A stretch of DNA of 64,000 nt from Minisyncoccota bacterium (GTDB lineage: Bacteria > Patescibacteriota > Minisyncoccia > Phycocordibacterales > JABMNX01). How positions within the stretch are numbered: position 1 is the first letter of the stretch; each line of letters starts with the position of its first letter. The translations under genes and the position numbers were made by a program. Under the pieces are notes generated by a model. It was given only the letters and a program-made list of their open reading frames with translations. It had not been told where the DNA came from and made no database searches. Positions 50,305 through 59,432 of the stretch are shown piece by piece. Location of the stretch: the NCBI GenBank assembly GCA_040876885.1, contig JBBDOU010000013.1, positions 6,033 through 70,032 of the forward strand. Reading direction: 5' to 3'.

Positions 50305-50378
50305 CCACCCTTAGCTCAGTTGGTTAGAGCACCAAGCTTATATCTTGGCGGTCCCAGGTTCGAGTCCTGGAGGGTGGA
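50305..50378 (+). tRNA. tRNA-Ile(TAT)
   Basis: CCACCCT/AGGGTGG acceptor, discriminator A; CCAAG-CT-TAT-AT-CTTGG; CCAGG-TTCGAGT-CCTGG. Confidence 0.92.
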
Positions 50379-50426
50379 CAATAATAAAAACGGCCAGGTT
50401 TTCCTGGTTGTTTTTGTTATTGTGGA

Positions 50427-50757
50427 CAGGACTCGAAAAGGTTGCCAGATATTTTTGAAAAAATATCGACAACCTGTACTGATTCTGTAAGAATCGAGTC
50501 CTGGAGGGTGGACAACGTAGAGAAAAACAGTGCCTGCGCACTGTTTTTTAGTTGTCCAAGGCGGAGCCATGTCGCCTTGTAACAGGCGAGCCCAGACCAA
50601 AAGCACTTAGTAGATTTCGAGTGAAGCGAAGAAATATACTGAGTGACTGGTGGTGACAATATCGTGGGCAGGACTCGAAAAGGTTGCCAGATATTTTTGA
50701 AAAAATATCGACAACCTGTACTGATTCTGTAAGAATCGAGTCCTGGAGGGTGGACAA
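50427..50757 (+). repeat. Two identical 89-bp direct repeats, each ending in the tRNA-Ile 3' end
   Basis: 50427-50515 equals 50669-50757; both end in TCGAGTCCTGGAGGGTGGACAA, as at 50360-50381. Confidence 0.95.
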
Positions 50758-50837
50758 AGTAACAATACCCTGTTTGACTTTCTTCCTCTATTAATGAAGT
50801 ATGTACGGAGAAACGCAACTGAATAAGGTACGAGAAA

Positions 50838-51200
50838 ATGTGTACGACTAGAACAGACTACAGCCCACGCCCATTTACATGGGAGTGTATTTCAAAGGAA
50901 ATCTTCAGTTGGATTGTTATGTTAATACTCTTTTTGGTCTGTTGGACCCCGTTCTTCCTTGTTTTTGGTGGCATACAGTTCTTCTCCATGCTGAAGCACA
51001 GAAATCCTGAGGACAGAAAAATGTTCCTCAAAGCACTCTGGGGAATTGCGCTCATTGCTACGGTTGTCGCAGGGTTATGCTCACCAGAACTCTACCAGGA
51101 AACCGGACTGAGGCTTGAAATTATAATCAGCGCGAGCATGCTCTATCTCATTTTATCAGTCAAGAATATACTTGAACTGATGGGAATAATAACTTCCTGA
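50838..51200 (+). CDS. Hypothetical membrane protein
   Basis: Three hydrophobic segments, followed by a terminator. Confidence 0.6.
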   Translation: MCTTRTDYSPRPFTWECISKEIFSWIVMLILFLVCWTPFFLVFGGIQFFSMLKHRNPEDRKMFLKALWGIALIATVVAGLCSPELYQETGLRLEIIISASMLYLILSVKNILELMGIITS

Positions 51201-51212
51201 ACCAAGTACCTC

Positions 51213-51239
51213 CCCCGACGCACCTGCGTCGGGGTTTTT
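51213..51239 (+). terminator. Intrinsic terminator
   Basis: CCCCGACGCA-CC-TGCGTCGGGG-TTTTT. Confidence 0.8.
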
Positions 51240-51312
51240 GTATCTCCCCTTCCACTATGCTACAGTAACTGCAGAAAAATTGAACACACGCAAAAGTCCA
51301 AGGAGGACACCC

Positions 51313-51711
51313 ATGTTCAGGCTATTTTTAGCTATCAGTTTTCTTTTGGGATTACTTATTCACGTAGCAGTGGGAGATATTTCAGAGATAATTATCAAGG
51401 ATTTTTCCAAAGCCGTTAGTCTTGCCATTGCTGCTGTCAGTGGAATATTCTCTCTTTTTTGTCTTTCCATTGCTATAAAAGTATGGCGTACACCCCCTGA
51501 GATATGGGAAAGAAATCGCCGAGCAGCACTTCTCTGTAAGGAAGTTAAGCAAGGTAAAGGATTAACACCTGATAAAAAAATCCGCTACAATAATTTTCTC
51601 AGAGATGGTGTAATTGATGAAGAGAGTTTTGTTGTTAACACAAAAACAGGGCAGTTGGTAAGGCAACCTAGACTTTCAGAAAGTGCTGTGGATGATGTTC
51701 TACACTCCTGA
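51313..51711 (+). CDS. Hypothetical membrane protein
   Basis: AGGAGG RBS before MFRLFLA; two TM segments. Confidence 0.65.
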   Translation: MFRLFLAISFLLGLLIHVAVGDISEIIIKDFSKAVSLAIAAVSGIFSLFCLSIAIKVWRTPPEIWERNRRAALLCKEVKQGKGLTPDKKIRYNNFLRDGVIDEESFVVNTKTGQLVRQPRLSESAVDDVLHS

Positions 51712-51722
51712 ACCCAAAAAGC

Positions 51723-51749
51723 AAAACCCCCGTCACTGACGGGGGTTTT
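51723..51749. terminator. Bidirectional terminator
   Basis: AAAACCCCCGTCA-C-TGACGGGGGTTTT between convergent genes. Confidence 0.8.
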
Positions 51750-51771
51750 AAACTGTCTATCTTATTTATAC

Positions 51772-53847
51772 TTAAACACTGTGCTCAATATCCTGTTTCT
51801 TTTTCACTGGGATATTGTTTGCGATAAGCATCTGCTCAAACTCTTCTCGCTCGATAGTCTCAACCTCAACAAGTTTTCCGGCTATTGCATCAAGGACATG
51901 TCGATAGTCAGTAAGAATCTTCTCGGCCTTTTGATATGCCTCATCAATGATTCGATGTACTTCTGCGTCAATCTCTGAAGAAATTTTCTCAGAGTATTCT
52001 TTTCCATCAATCCCTGAACCAAAGAGTGCTCTCCCTTCAGCTCCTTCAAGCGCAACAGGACCCATCTTGTCGGACATTCCATACTTCGTTACCATATTTC
52101 GCGCAAGTGCGGTCAGTACCTGTAAGTCGTTCGATGGACCAGTGGTCACATCTTCAAACACCATTTTCTCGGCGATGTATCCACCAAGCGACATCGCAAT
52201 ATCATCAAGAAACTCTCTCTTTGACTGCATCTTCTTGTCTTCAAATGGCAAACTCAGTGTATATCCTGCAGCGCGCCCACGTGAAATAATTGATATTTTA
52301 TGAACAGGGTCAGCATATGGAAGCAGGCTTGCGACAAGTGCATGTCCAGCCTCGTGATACGCAGTAATTTCTTTTTCTTTTTTGTTAAGGATGTGGCTCT
52401 TTCGTTCAGGACCAAGCATTACTTTTTCAATTGCTCGAATAAGGTCATACTGGGTTACCTTCTTTCGGTCTTCTCGGGCGGCAAGAATCGCTCCTTCGTT
52501 CATAAGTGAATAGAGGTCGGCTCCTGAGAACCCTGGAGTTCGCTCTGCAATAACCCGCAAATCAATATCCTCATGAAGTGGTTTCTTGCGCGCGTGGATT
52601 TTAAGAATTTCCTCTCGGTCTCCTCGGTCAGGAAGGTCAATCGTTACGCGTCTATCGAATCGCCCGGGACGCAAGAGTGCGGGATCAAGGACGTCAGGGC
52701 GGTTTGTCGCTGCCATGACGATAACTTTTTCAGTCGGCTCAAAACCATCCATTTCAACGAGTATTTGGTTGAGTGTTTGTTCTCGTTCATCGTTTCCTCC
52801 TCCTACTCCAGTACCACGCACACGCCCCACCGCATCTATTTCATCAACGAATATAATTGCTGGTGATGATTTCTTTGCAAGGTTAAAGAGGTCACGCACA
52901 CGGGACGCCCCTACTCCAACAAACATTTCTACGAATTCAGAACCTGAGATTGAGAAAAATGGTACGCCCGCCTCCCCCGCAACTGCTCGTGCAAGGAGTG
53001 TTTTCCCGGTGCCAGGTGCGCCCATGAGCATGATTCCTTTTGGAATCTGTGCGCCAATACTTAAGAATTTTTTAGGATTCCTTAAGAAATCAACAATCTC
53101 AACGAGTTCTTCTTTTGCTTCTTTTGCTCCCGCAACATCTTTAAAGGTTATTTTTTGACTTTGGTCATTGGGGTCGGTGAGACGAGCTTTTGATTGTCCA
53201 AATGAAAATGCTTGCATACCCGCTCCTTTAACTTGTCGAGAAAGAAACCAGATTATAAAAATAATGAGTAGAATTGGAATTAAGAACGGTGCAAGTGTCA
53301 AAAGCCAAAACCGGAGTCCGCTTGGATTTTTAATATCAATACTGACCATACTTAACTGCTCACGAGTAACACCATAGTTTACCAAGGTGTCAGTAAGCGC
53401 AGTTCCTGCTTCTTTCTTTGATTTTTTAACCACAGCTTCTTCAGGAGGAGTTACCGATGACTCTTGCTCAACGGCTACTTCAGTAGGTTCTTCTCCTTCA
53501 ACTTCTGGAGTCGGCATACCATAGGTGATTTCAAGAATCTCGCCACTGACAACAATAGAAGCGACTTCTCCCTCAGTGATGTCTTGTGCAAGTTGTGAAA
53601 TAGGTATTTCCTCAGGCTTATTTGTGCCCGTTACAATAAAAGAGTATGCGGACACGAGTAAGAAGAATATGAGGAGTGTGCTTAAGAGATTTGTCCAAAA
53701 ATTCTGACCTTCTGGTTTCTTTGGTCCTCCCAACAAAGACCCATTCTTACCTGCCAACTTCTTTCCTAACGTGCTTCTGAAAGAAGTTTTTTTAGAGTCC
53801 TTTTTCTTCTTCATATGTTTGTTATTTTTATTACCAGATAAAGCCAT
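51772..53847 (-). CDS. ftsH: ATP-dependent zinc metalloprotease FtsH
   Basis: Two [30 protein letters not shown]; start may be 53814. Confidence 0.97.
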   Translation of the reverse strand: MALSGNKNNKHMKKKKDSKKTSFRSTLGKKLAGKNGSLLGGPKKPEGQNFWTNLLSTLLIFFLLVSAYSFIVTGTNKPEEIPISQLAQDITEGEVASIVVSGEILEITYGMPTPEVEGEEPTEVAVEQESSVTPPEEAVVKKSKKEAGTALTDTLVNYGVTREQLSMVSIDIKNPSGLRFWLLTLAPFLIPILLIIFIIWFLSRQVKGAGMQAFSFGQSKARLTDPNDQSQKITFKDVAGAKEAKEELVEIVDFLRNPKKFLSIGAQIPKGIMLMGAPGTGKTLLARAVAGEAGVPFFSISGSEFVEMFVGVGASRVRDLFNLAKKSSPAIIFVDEIDAVGRVRGTGVGGGNDEREQTLNQILVEMDGFEPTEKVIVMAATNRPDVLDPALLRPGRFDRRVTIDLPDRGDREEILKIHARKKPLHEDIDLRVIAERTPGFSGADLYSLMNEGAILAAREDRKKVTQYDLIRAIEKVMLGPERKSHILNKKEKEITAYHEAGHALVASLLPYADPVHKISIISRGRAAGYTLSLPFEDKKMQSKREFLDDIAMSLGGYIAEKMVFEDVTTGPSNDLQVLTALARNMVTKYGMSDKMGPVALEGAEGRALFGSGIDGKEYSEKISSEIDAEVHRIIDEAYQKAEKILTDYRHVLDAIAGKLVEVETIEREEFEQMLIANNIPVKKKQDIEHSV

Positions 53848-53923
53848 AATGTTGAGTCATTATACACGAAAAAGGCTCAAACTAAAGTGTTGCTATGCTA
53901 TAGTTTGTTGATATAGTTGTCGC

Positions 53924-54373
53924 ATGAGCGCATTAATACATAACAAAAAAGTGTCCTTTAACTTCGAGCTCCTTGAGATATTTGAGGCAGGGCTTGAACT
54001 CCTAGGACCTGAGGTTAAATCAATCCGTAAGAAACAGGGCTCTCTTGAGGGTGCGCATGTGGTTGTTCGTGGTGGAGAGGCATTCCTCGTGGGTGCAACG
54101 ATTCCACCCTACCAACCATCAAATACCCCTAAAGGATACGACCCTGAACGGACCAGAAAGCTCTTATTGAACAAGAAAGAAATTGGCGAACTGGCGGGGG
54201 CTGAGTCTCAGAAAGGATTGACAATAGTGCCTATTTCAATGTATAATAAAGGCCGAAATTTGAAGCTTCAAGTCGCAATCGCTCGAGGTAAGAAAAAGAC
54301 TGATAAACGTCAGACTATCAAGGCGCGTGATAATAAAAAAGATATTGAGCGACAAATGAAACAGCGGATATAA
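53924..54373 (+). CDS. smpB: SsrA-binding protein
   Basis: FEAGLELLGPEVKSIR, RTRKLLL, ARGKKK.DKR; next to tmRNA. Confidence 0.96.
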   Translation: MSALIHNKKVSFNFELLEIFEAGLELLGPEVKSIRKKQGSLEGAHVVVRGGEAFLVGATIPPYQPSNTPKGYDPERTRKLLLNKKEIGELAGAESQKGLTIVPISMYNKGRNLKLQVAIARGKKKTDKRQTIKARDNKKDIERQMKQRI

Positions 54374-54449
54374 GGAGTACGTTAACAATTTAAAAGAATA
54401 CTATATATGTTCTTCCCCGCTTCTACTTTGAACCATCAAAGTGTAGACG

Positions 54450-54849
54450 GGGGATGATCGGCTTCGACAGTGTAGCTCGCATATGTATGTGCAAGGTAGA
54501 AGACCAGAACTTCTTAAAAAGCTGGAACACCGTAGATGCAAAAAAATCTGCACTCGGAATGCTTTCACCTTTTCAGATGAAAGACTTCCAGTTCGCTTAC
54601 GCTCAGGCCTAAGCGACCATCAACAAATCAGACGCCCGATACGATTTGCCTGATGTCATCCATATCGGACTAGGACGTACAACTGCTTCGCCGTACACCC
54701 GAAACTAAGAAACTCGATGATGTATGATTTTGTTTATTTTAAACATGCATCATTTAAATCTGTCCTCGTGACAGAAAAAATAAACTATGCCTTTGTAGAT
54801 CCATTCATACGCCCTTCATTGAACGCGGGTTCGATTCCCGCCATCTCCA
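54450..54849 (+). ncRNA. ssrA: tmRNA
   Basis: 5' GGGGATG...TTCGAC pairs with 3' CATCTCC-A including G3-U; T-arm GCGGG-TTCGATT-CCCGC; tag ORF 54538-54612. Confidence 0.93.
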
Positions 54850-56409
54850 CATGTCGTTACCACGAGCCCTTTCAGCGATGAGCTGGAAGGGTTTTGTGTA
54901 TGTACAGCTTAGTTTTTCGTCCTTCAGGGTCAGGTTCGAAAATAGAAATTGCAGGATCTTGTGTTTATCCTCGGGTTTCTTCCTGTTGATGAAGATTTGC
55001 TTCGCATTTGCTGCGATTTCAAGCATTTTTGCCCCGAGTTCGAAATAATTCGTGTTGGCGTTCTTGTGGCGCTCCAATGTGTTCAGAATCCGCTGCTGCT
55101 CCGCTTCGCAGTCCTTGTCCAGCCGTTCCCAGCGGTCCAACGGTATCTTCTGGTCCAGCTTGTCGATGTAGAGGTTGTCCCGTCTGCGCTGAAGCGTATC
55201 GTACTTCTGCTCGAGATCTTTGATGGCATTGTTGTGGTACTCCATTTCAGCCACATGGCTCTCCTTGAGGGCCGCGGTTATCTCATCGAGCACCTTGCTT
55301 CCTTTCAGCACTTCGAACACGTCGAGGAACTGCAGGACCGCTTTTTCCATTTCCTTCTCGGGTATCCATCTGTGTTTCTTTCGTTCGCAGTTTCCGTAGT
55401 GCGTGTGGTGGTAGTAAACGATGCCCTTTTGGATTTCCGCGGTTATCCTGAACCCACATACGCCGCACACGAGCCACGGGCCACGGTAAGCGAAGATGTG
55501 TTTGTTGTACTTTCCGCTTTGTTTCTTCGTGCGTTTCTCCTGTGCGCGGTCCCACACTTCTCGAGATACGAGTGGTTCGTGATTCGCATTCCTGTATAGT
55601 TTCCCTTTGTAGAGAAAGTCTCCGCAGAAAAACGGATCCGCCAACAAACCGAAGATGGCGTTCTTGGTGACTTTCTTGCCGCGCCGCGTCCATCCTTCTT
55701 CGTACAGAATGTCCCTGCATTTTTCTGCCGAGTTCGTCGTGTTCACATAAAGATCAAAAAGTTTTTTGATGTACGGTGCTTCCGATTTTTCCGACTTGTC
55801 GATTATCCAGATGGCCCTCCTGCTTCCGTCCGGCCGTATCGCTTGGTACCCGGCTTTGTGCGTTCCCGGGTACCACCCCTGTTCTCCTTTTTCCATGAGC
55901 CCTTCCCGAATGTTTTCGGAAAGGTCCGAGCTGTACTTTTTGGCGAGTACGACGTGGATGTCCCATCGGAACTTAATGTCCGACTTCGCATTTTTGTGGA
56001 CCACCATGCGTTCACGCATGAAATGGACCTGCCGTTCCTCGTTTTCCTCCAGCCATTCGTTAATCAGGACGTAATCATTAAAGTTCCTAGTAATTCTATC
56101 AACGCGCTCGCAGATCAGGATTTTTACGTCGTGCTTTCGGAGGTAATCCATCATGTCCTTGAAGAAGGTACGTTCCTTTTTCCCGGCCGCGCTTTCGGGG
56201 ACCTCGAATGACTTCGCCAGATCTGCTCCGACTTCGCGTGCATAGTCTTTTCCCATTCGCGCCTGCTTGTCCACCGTAAAACCTTCCTCGAATTGTTCGC
56301 GCGAGGAAACGCGGCACCAGACGACCGCTTTCGGCGGTTTCGTTGCGTTCGTGTTCAGTTTTTGGATTTTGTTTTTCATCTTACTCATCATTATCGCGGA
56401 CACGCTCAC
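54805..56409 (-). CDS. Large serine recombinase (integrase)
   Basis: WCRVSSREQ catalytic Ser, ERVDRITRN, recombinase domain (HEPLVSREVWDRAQ), Zn ribbon CGVCG, coiled coil; start probably ~56391. Confidence 0.93.
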   Translation of the reverse strand: MSVSAIMMSKMKNKIQKLNTNATKPPKAVVWCRVSSREQFEEGFTVDKQARMGKDYAREVGADLAKSFEVPESAAGKKERTFFKDMMDYLRKHDVKILICERVDRITRNFNDYVLINEWLEENEERQVHFMRERMVVHKNAKSDIKFRWDIHVVLAKKYSSDLSENIREGLMEKGEQGWYPGTHKAGYQAIRPDGSRRAIWIIDKSEKSEAPYIKKLFDLYVNTTNSAEKCRDILYEEGWTRRGKKVTKNAIFGLLADPFFCGDFLYKGKLYRNANHEPLVSREVWDRAQEKRTKKQSGKYNKHIFAYRGPWLVCGVCGFRITAEIQKGIVYYHHTHYGNCERKKHRWIPEKEMEKAVLQFLDVFEVLKGSKVLDEITAALKESHVAEMEYHNNAIKDLEQKYDTLQRRRDNLYIDKLDQKIPLDRWERLDKDCEAEQQRILNTLERHKNANTNYFELGAKMLEIAANAKQIFINRKKPEDKHKILQFLFSNLTLKDEKLSCTYTKPFQLIAERARGNDMWRWRESNPRSMKGV

Positions 56410-56995
56410 GATTGCCAGTGTTTTTGGTTTCCGTCTCGGCTTCCGCTTCTTCTTTTCGTTTGCGCTCGTTTTCCCGCCGATAATAGCGCACCTCGTTGTG
56501 CAGAAGTTTCAAAGACCCGTAGTACTCTTTTTGTTTCTCAATCGGTAATTCGTTGATTAAGCTACGGATATCGTCTTCCGTTACCTCGACCTCAGGGCCT
56601 CGATCCTGTACGACATGCGTCTTGTTGAAACCTTCGAAGTACGCCATCCACAGCTCGATAGCTTGAGGGTTCCCTTTCATGCAGGCGAGCTTCCACCCGT
56701 CAAAGACATGCGACGTCATGTCGTTGCCCCAGCTGCGCCTATACTTCAATACGGTTTCATCGAATCCCTCGGCGCGCTTCCACCGTGTGAGCGTGTTGAC
56801 GTGTACGCCGTACCGTTCGGCGAACTCGGCCATCGTGCTTGCGCCCATTCTCGCCCTTTCGCTTGAGGGAAGGGCGAACCACAGGACGAAATCCTCGTAG
56901 GCCTTTTCCTTATACGGCTCAAAATCACCATTTTTCACCGTGTTGTTTTTGTCTTTTCCTTCCATAAGTCCTTGTTTTAAGGCGTTTTCCCGCAC
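56381..56995 (-). CDS. HTH protein resembling phBC6A51/terminase-small-subunit-like family
   Basis: FVLWFALP..ER...AEFAERYGVHVNTLTRWK...GNPQAIELW. Confidence 0.65.
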   Translation of the reverse strand: MRENALKQGLMEGKDKNNTVKNGDFEPYKEKAYEDFVLWFALPSSERARMGASTMAEFAERYGVHVNTLTRWKRAEGFDETVLKYRRSWGNDMTSHVFDGWKLACMKGNPQAIELWMAYFEGFNKTHVVQDRGPEVEVTEDDIRSLINELPIEKQKEYYGSLKLLHNEVRYYRRENERKRKEEAEAETETKNTGNRERVRDNDE

Positions 56996-57057
56996 CGAGG
57001 CGCGGCAGGCGGAATGGTGACGTCTCCATTTTGTTTGTGTAGCGCCACCGCTCGCAT

Positions 57058-57288
57058 TTACGCCTTTTTCACTTTCTTACCCCGCTCTTTTTTCGCCTTC
57101 AGTCCTTGCTTAATATCCCGGTCTATTGTCCGAAAGTAGTATCGCTTCATGGCCGACATCATTTCCAGTTGGAAACATGCCGACGGCCCAATCTTGCTTT
57201 TGCACTGATCGCAAAGATTTTCATAAACTTCCAAGGTAATCGGCACGTTGGCCGTTGCTTGGTCCATTTCTTTTTTTGTTTTTTCCAT
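57058..57288 (-). CDS. Small CxxC protein
   Basis: LEVYENLCDQCK; co-directional with recombinase. Confidence 0.55.
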   Translation of the reverse strand: MEKTKKEMDQATANVPITLEVYENLCDQCKSKIGPSACFQLEMMSAMKRYYFRTIDRDIKQGLKAKKERGKKVKKA

Positions 57289-57302
57289 GGTTTTATAGTT
57301 GG

Positions 57303-57491
57303 TTAAAACTCGTCTTTTAATACTTCTTTCTTAATAATTCCGTAACTTGTAATAAGGCTTTCCTCATCTTCTTGAACTCTGCGATCCAACGAACGGCGAC
57401 AACCGTCGCACAACCCCTCATAGAGATCGAAAATCAACCCAATAAAGCCTTCGTCTGCGTGTTCTATTTTTCGGTTTTTTGTTTGCTTCAT
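57303..57491 (-). CDS. Small CxxC protein
   Basis: FDLYEGLCDGCR; similar to its neighbour. Confidence 0.55.
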   Translation of the reverse strand: MKQTKNRKIEHADEGFIGLIFDLYEGLCDGCRRSLDRRVQEDEESLITSYGIIKKEVLKDEF

Positions 57492-57858
57492 GTTTTTTGT
57501 TGGTTATGACGCAAAACATTTGTGAATTATGCGTCTTTGTTGGTAATTTAATTGTCTCTGCGAACAAAGACCCCACTTTACATCCCTCAGATGCTTCCAC
57601 GGCCCGTTATGTGTCAAAAGAAGATGGTCCGATACAATCAGTCTTTAGTCCCCCTAGGCCAAAGAATTGTTGTCTGACTATCGGCACATCCAGTCGGTTG
57701 AACGGGAATGAGGTCGTCCGTTGTCAGTGGGCGACAGAGCGGACGCTGTTTACTTCAGTCGGGCGACTTGCATCCCCGTTCAACTTTTAAGCCCTAGTTT
57801 TTCTGGAGAAGCGCTTATTGCTCCATTCTTTTGATTTGTAATACGTTTGCGCTGTCCT

Positions 57859-58137
57859 TTATGCGTTCGTTTCTTCGGCGCGGTTGATGTGTTCAAGTCG
57901 TCTGATCACTTCTTTCTCCACTTCGTCTCCAACTTCTTTGCTGATCGGGTGGAAGATTTCTATGTTGCGTTCTCCGATCTTTTTCGTCGGGTACACTAAC
58001 CGGTAGCCACCGCCGGGTCGCGTATAAACGGCAACATTCCCCGCGTACCATTTGCTATCCAATACAAACGAAGCGAACGCCACGAGCCCGTTATGCGGTT
58101 TGATCGGAACCAGCTGTATCTCCTCGACTGTCGTCAT
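57859..58137 (-). CDS. SpoVG-like nucleic-acid-binding protein
   Basis: GLVAFASFVLD...LVYPTKK...IFHPISKE. Confidence 0.7.
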   Translation of the reverse strand: MTTVEEIQLVPIKPHNGLVAFASFVLDSKWYAGNVAVYTRPGGGYRLVYPTKKIGERNIEIFHPISKEVGDEVEKEVIRRLEHINRAEETNA

Positions 58138-58300
58138 AATTTAGTCGTTTATTGTCCTCGGCGTGGAACTTTGCAAGCAACGAAAAAAGGCCCGTGAGGG
58201 TGTCTTTCACCTCGCAGGCTTCCGCGTCGGAAAGAACGATACCGAAATCGTCTCGGTACGCTTCCTTAAATCCTTCGGTTGTTCCACTTTTTGAAGACAT
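58091..58300 (-). CDS. Small hypothetical protein
   Basis: FKEAYRDDFGIVLSDAEA; first gene of the leftward cluster, overlapping the next gene. Confidence 0.55.
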   Translation of the reverse strand: MSSKSGTTEGFKEAYRDDFGIVLSDAEACEVKDTLTGLFSLLAKFHAEDNKRLNYDDSRGDTAGSDQTA

Positions 58301-58443
58301 TTTCTTATAACTTTTTACTTATCGACCTTTGTCTTTGATCGTAGCGGTAACCTTGTGCACCCTTCACTTACCAGTTCAAAAAGAAAAAGCCCGGTTTTGG
58401 CCGGACTTTATTGGAGTGTGCTATGTGTTGTTAACAGGTGAGT

Positions 58444-59133
58444 CTAAACGGCTATACCCTTTTTGTTTAGTTTTATGTTTTTTACCTTGTATCCGTTCCC
58501 GTCCCTGCGGCTTTCGATAAAGGTGTCTTTAGAGACGCCGAACGCCTCCGCTAATTGTTCCCTAAGTTTGTAGATTTTGGAGTGGGCAGTTGTCGTCTTC
58601 CCTTCTTTTACGATGTTGCTGAGCCGGTAAGCGTCTACAAAACCCTTGTCCTCGAGCAAACACTCGAGAGCCTTGAAAGGAAAACTGTTCTTGCGCATTG
58701 AAATCTTTTTTCCGGGGTTATCTTTCTGGTAGAGTTTTCCGCTCGCAACCTCCAACACAAGCGCAACATCTCTCTGCGTATCATCCAACTCTTTTTCTTT
58801 GAGTTTCTTGTAGTCCGCAAAGCGGCCTCTGTCGCCGACGTGGACTATGTAGTGGGTTCTTTTTACAATCTCGTCTGGCATATGGGCTGTACCTTCGTAC
58901 GGTACGGTTCTTTCAACTGTTTCTTCTCTCGCAGTCATTTCATTGTCATCCGTCTGGATTTTCTGTATCGCCAAACGAACACCTTCCGGGTCCGACAAAA
59001 TGCCGTCGAACGTTTTTGCTTTCTCCAAAGTAAAAACTATTGTGTCCTCAGCAGGGAGTTTTTTCAGGTTTTTCTCCACCAGCCGGAGAATAGCATCCAA
59101 CCTTTTGAGTGATTTTTTGGTTGTTTTGTTCAT
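58444..59133 (-). CDS. Protein with C-terminal winged-helix (OmpR-type effector-like) domain
   Basis: GGAGG upstream; C-terminal IYKLREQL...FIESRRDGNGYKV; no receiver domain. Confidence 0.65.
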   Translation of the reverse strand: MNKTTKKSLKRLDAILRLVEKNLKKLPAEDTIVFTLEKAKTFDGILSDPEGVRLAIQKIQTDDNEMTAREETVERTVPYEGTAHMPDEIVKRTHYIVHVGDRGRFADYKKLKEKELDDTQRDVALVLEVASGKLYQKDNPGKKISMRKNSFPFKALECLLEDKGFVDAYRLSNIVKEGKTTTAHSKIYKLREQLAEAFGVSKDTFIESRRDGNGYKVKNIKLNKKGIAV

Positions 59134-59432
59134 ACGTTTTCGCTACGTCTTACCTCCATTCTACCAATTTTCGCCGCTTTATTGAATTGCGCCGCGTAAA
59201 GCGGTATTATGGAAGAACAACTGAATAGTCAGGTAAACCTAAACCGACCCGGCAACGGGCGGCATGGTTTCAAAACCGGTAAAGGACAAAAACCCCATCA
59301 TGGGAACACCTTTACCGGTCCTGTCGGGAAACTGGCAGTGGGTAGCCGAGCTACCGCCCGTGGTGTGATTTTTGTGTGGCGAGTAGTCGGTGCCGCAAGT
59401 CCCGCCCGATTACAAGTTTGCAAAAACTCGCC

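Noticed and set aside
50360-50757. CRISPR array
   Set aside because: The repeats are tRNA 3' ends within 89-bp units, spacing is irregular, and there are no cas genes in the window
50287-50818. ORF-track proteins across the tRNA-Ile array, and similar ORFs over other tRNAs or antisense to core genes
   Set aside because: They are shadow translations of RNA genes, repeats or opposite-strand CDSs without protein motifs
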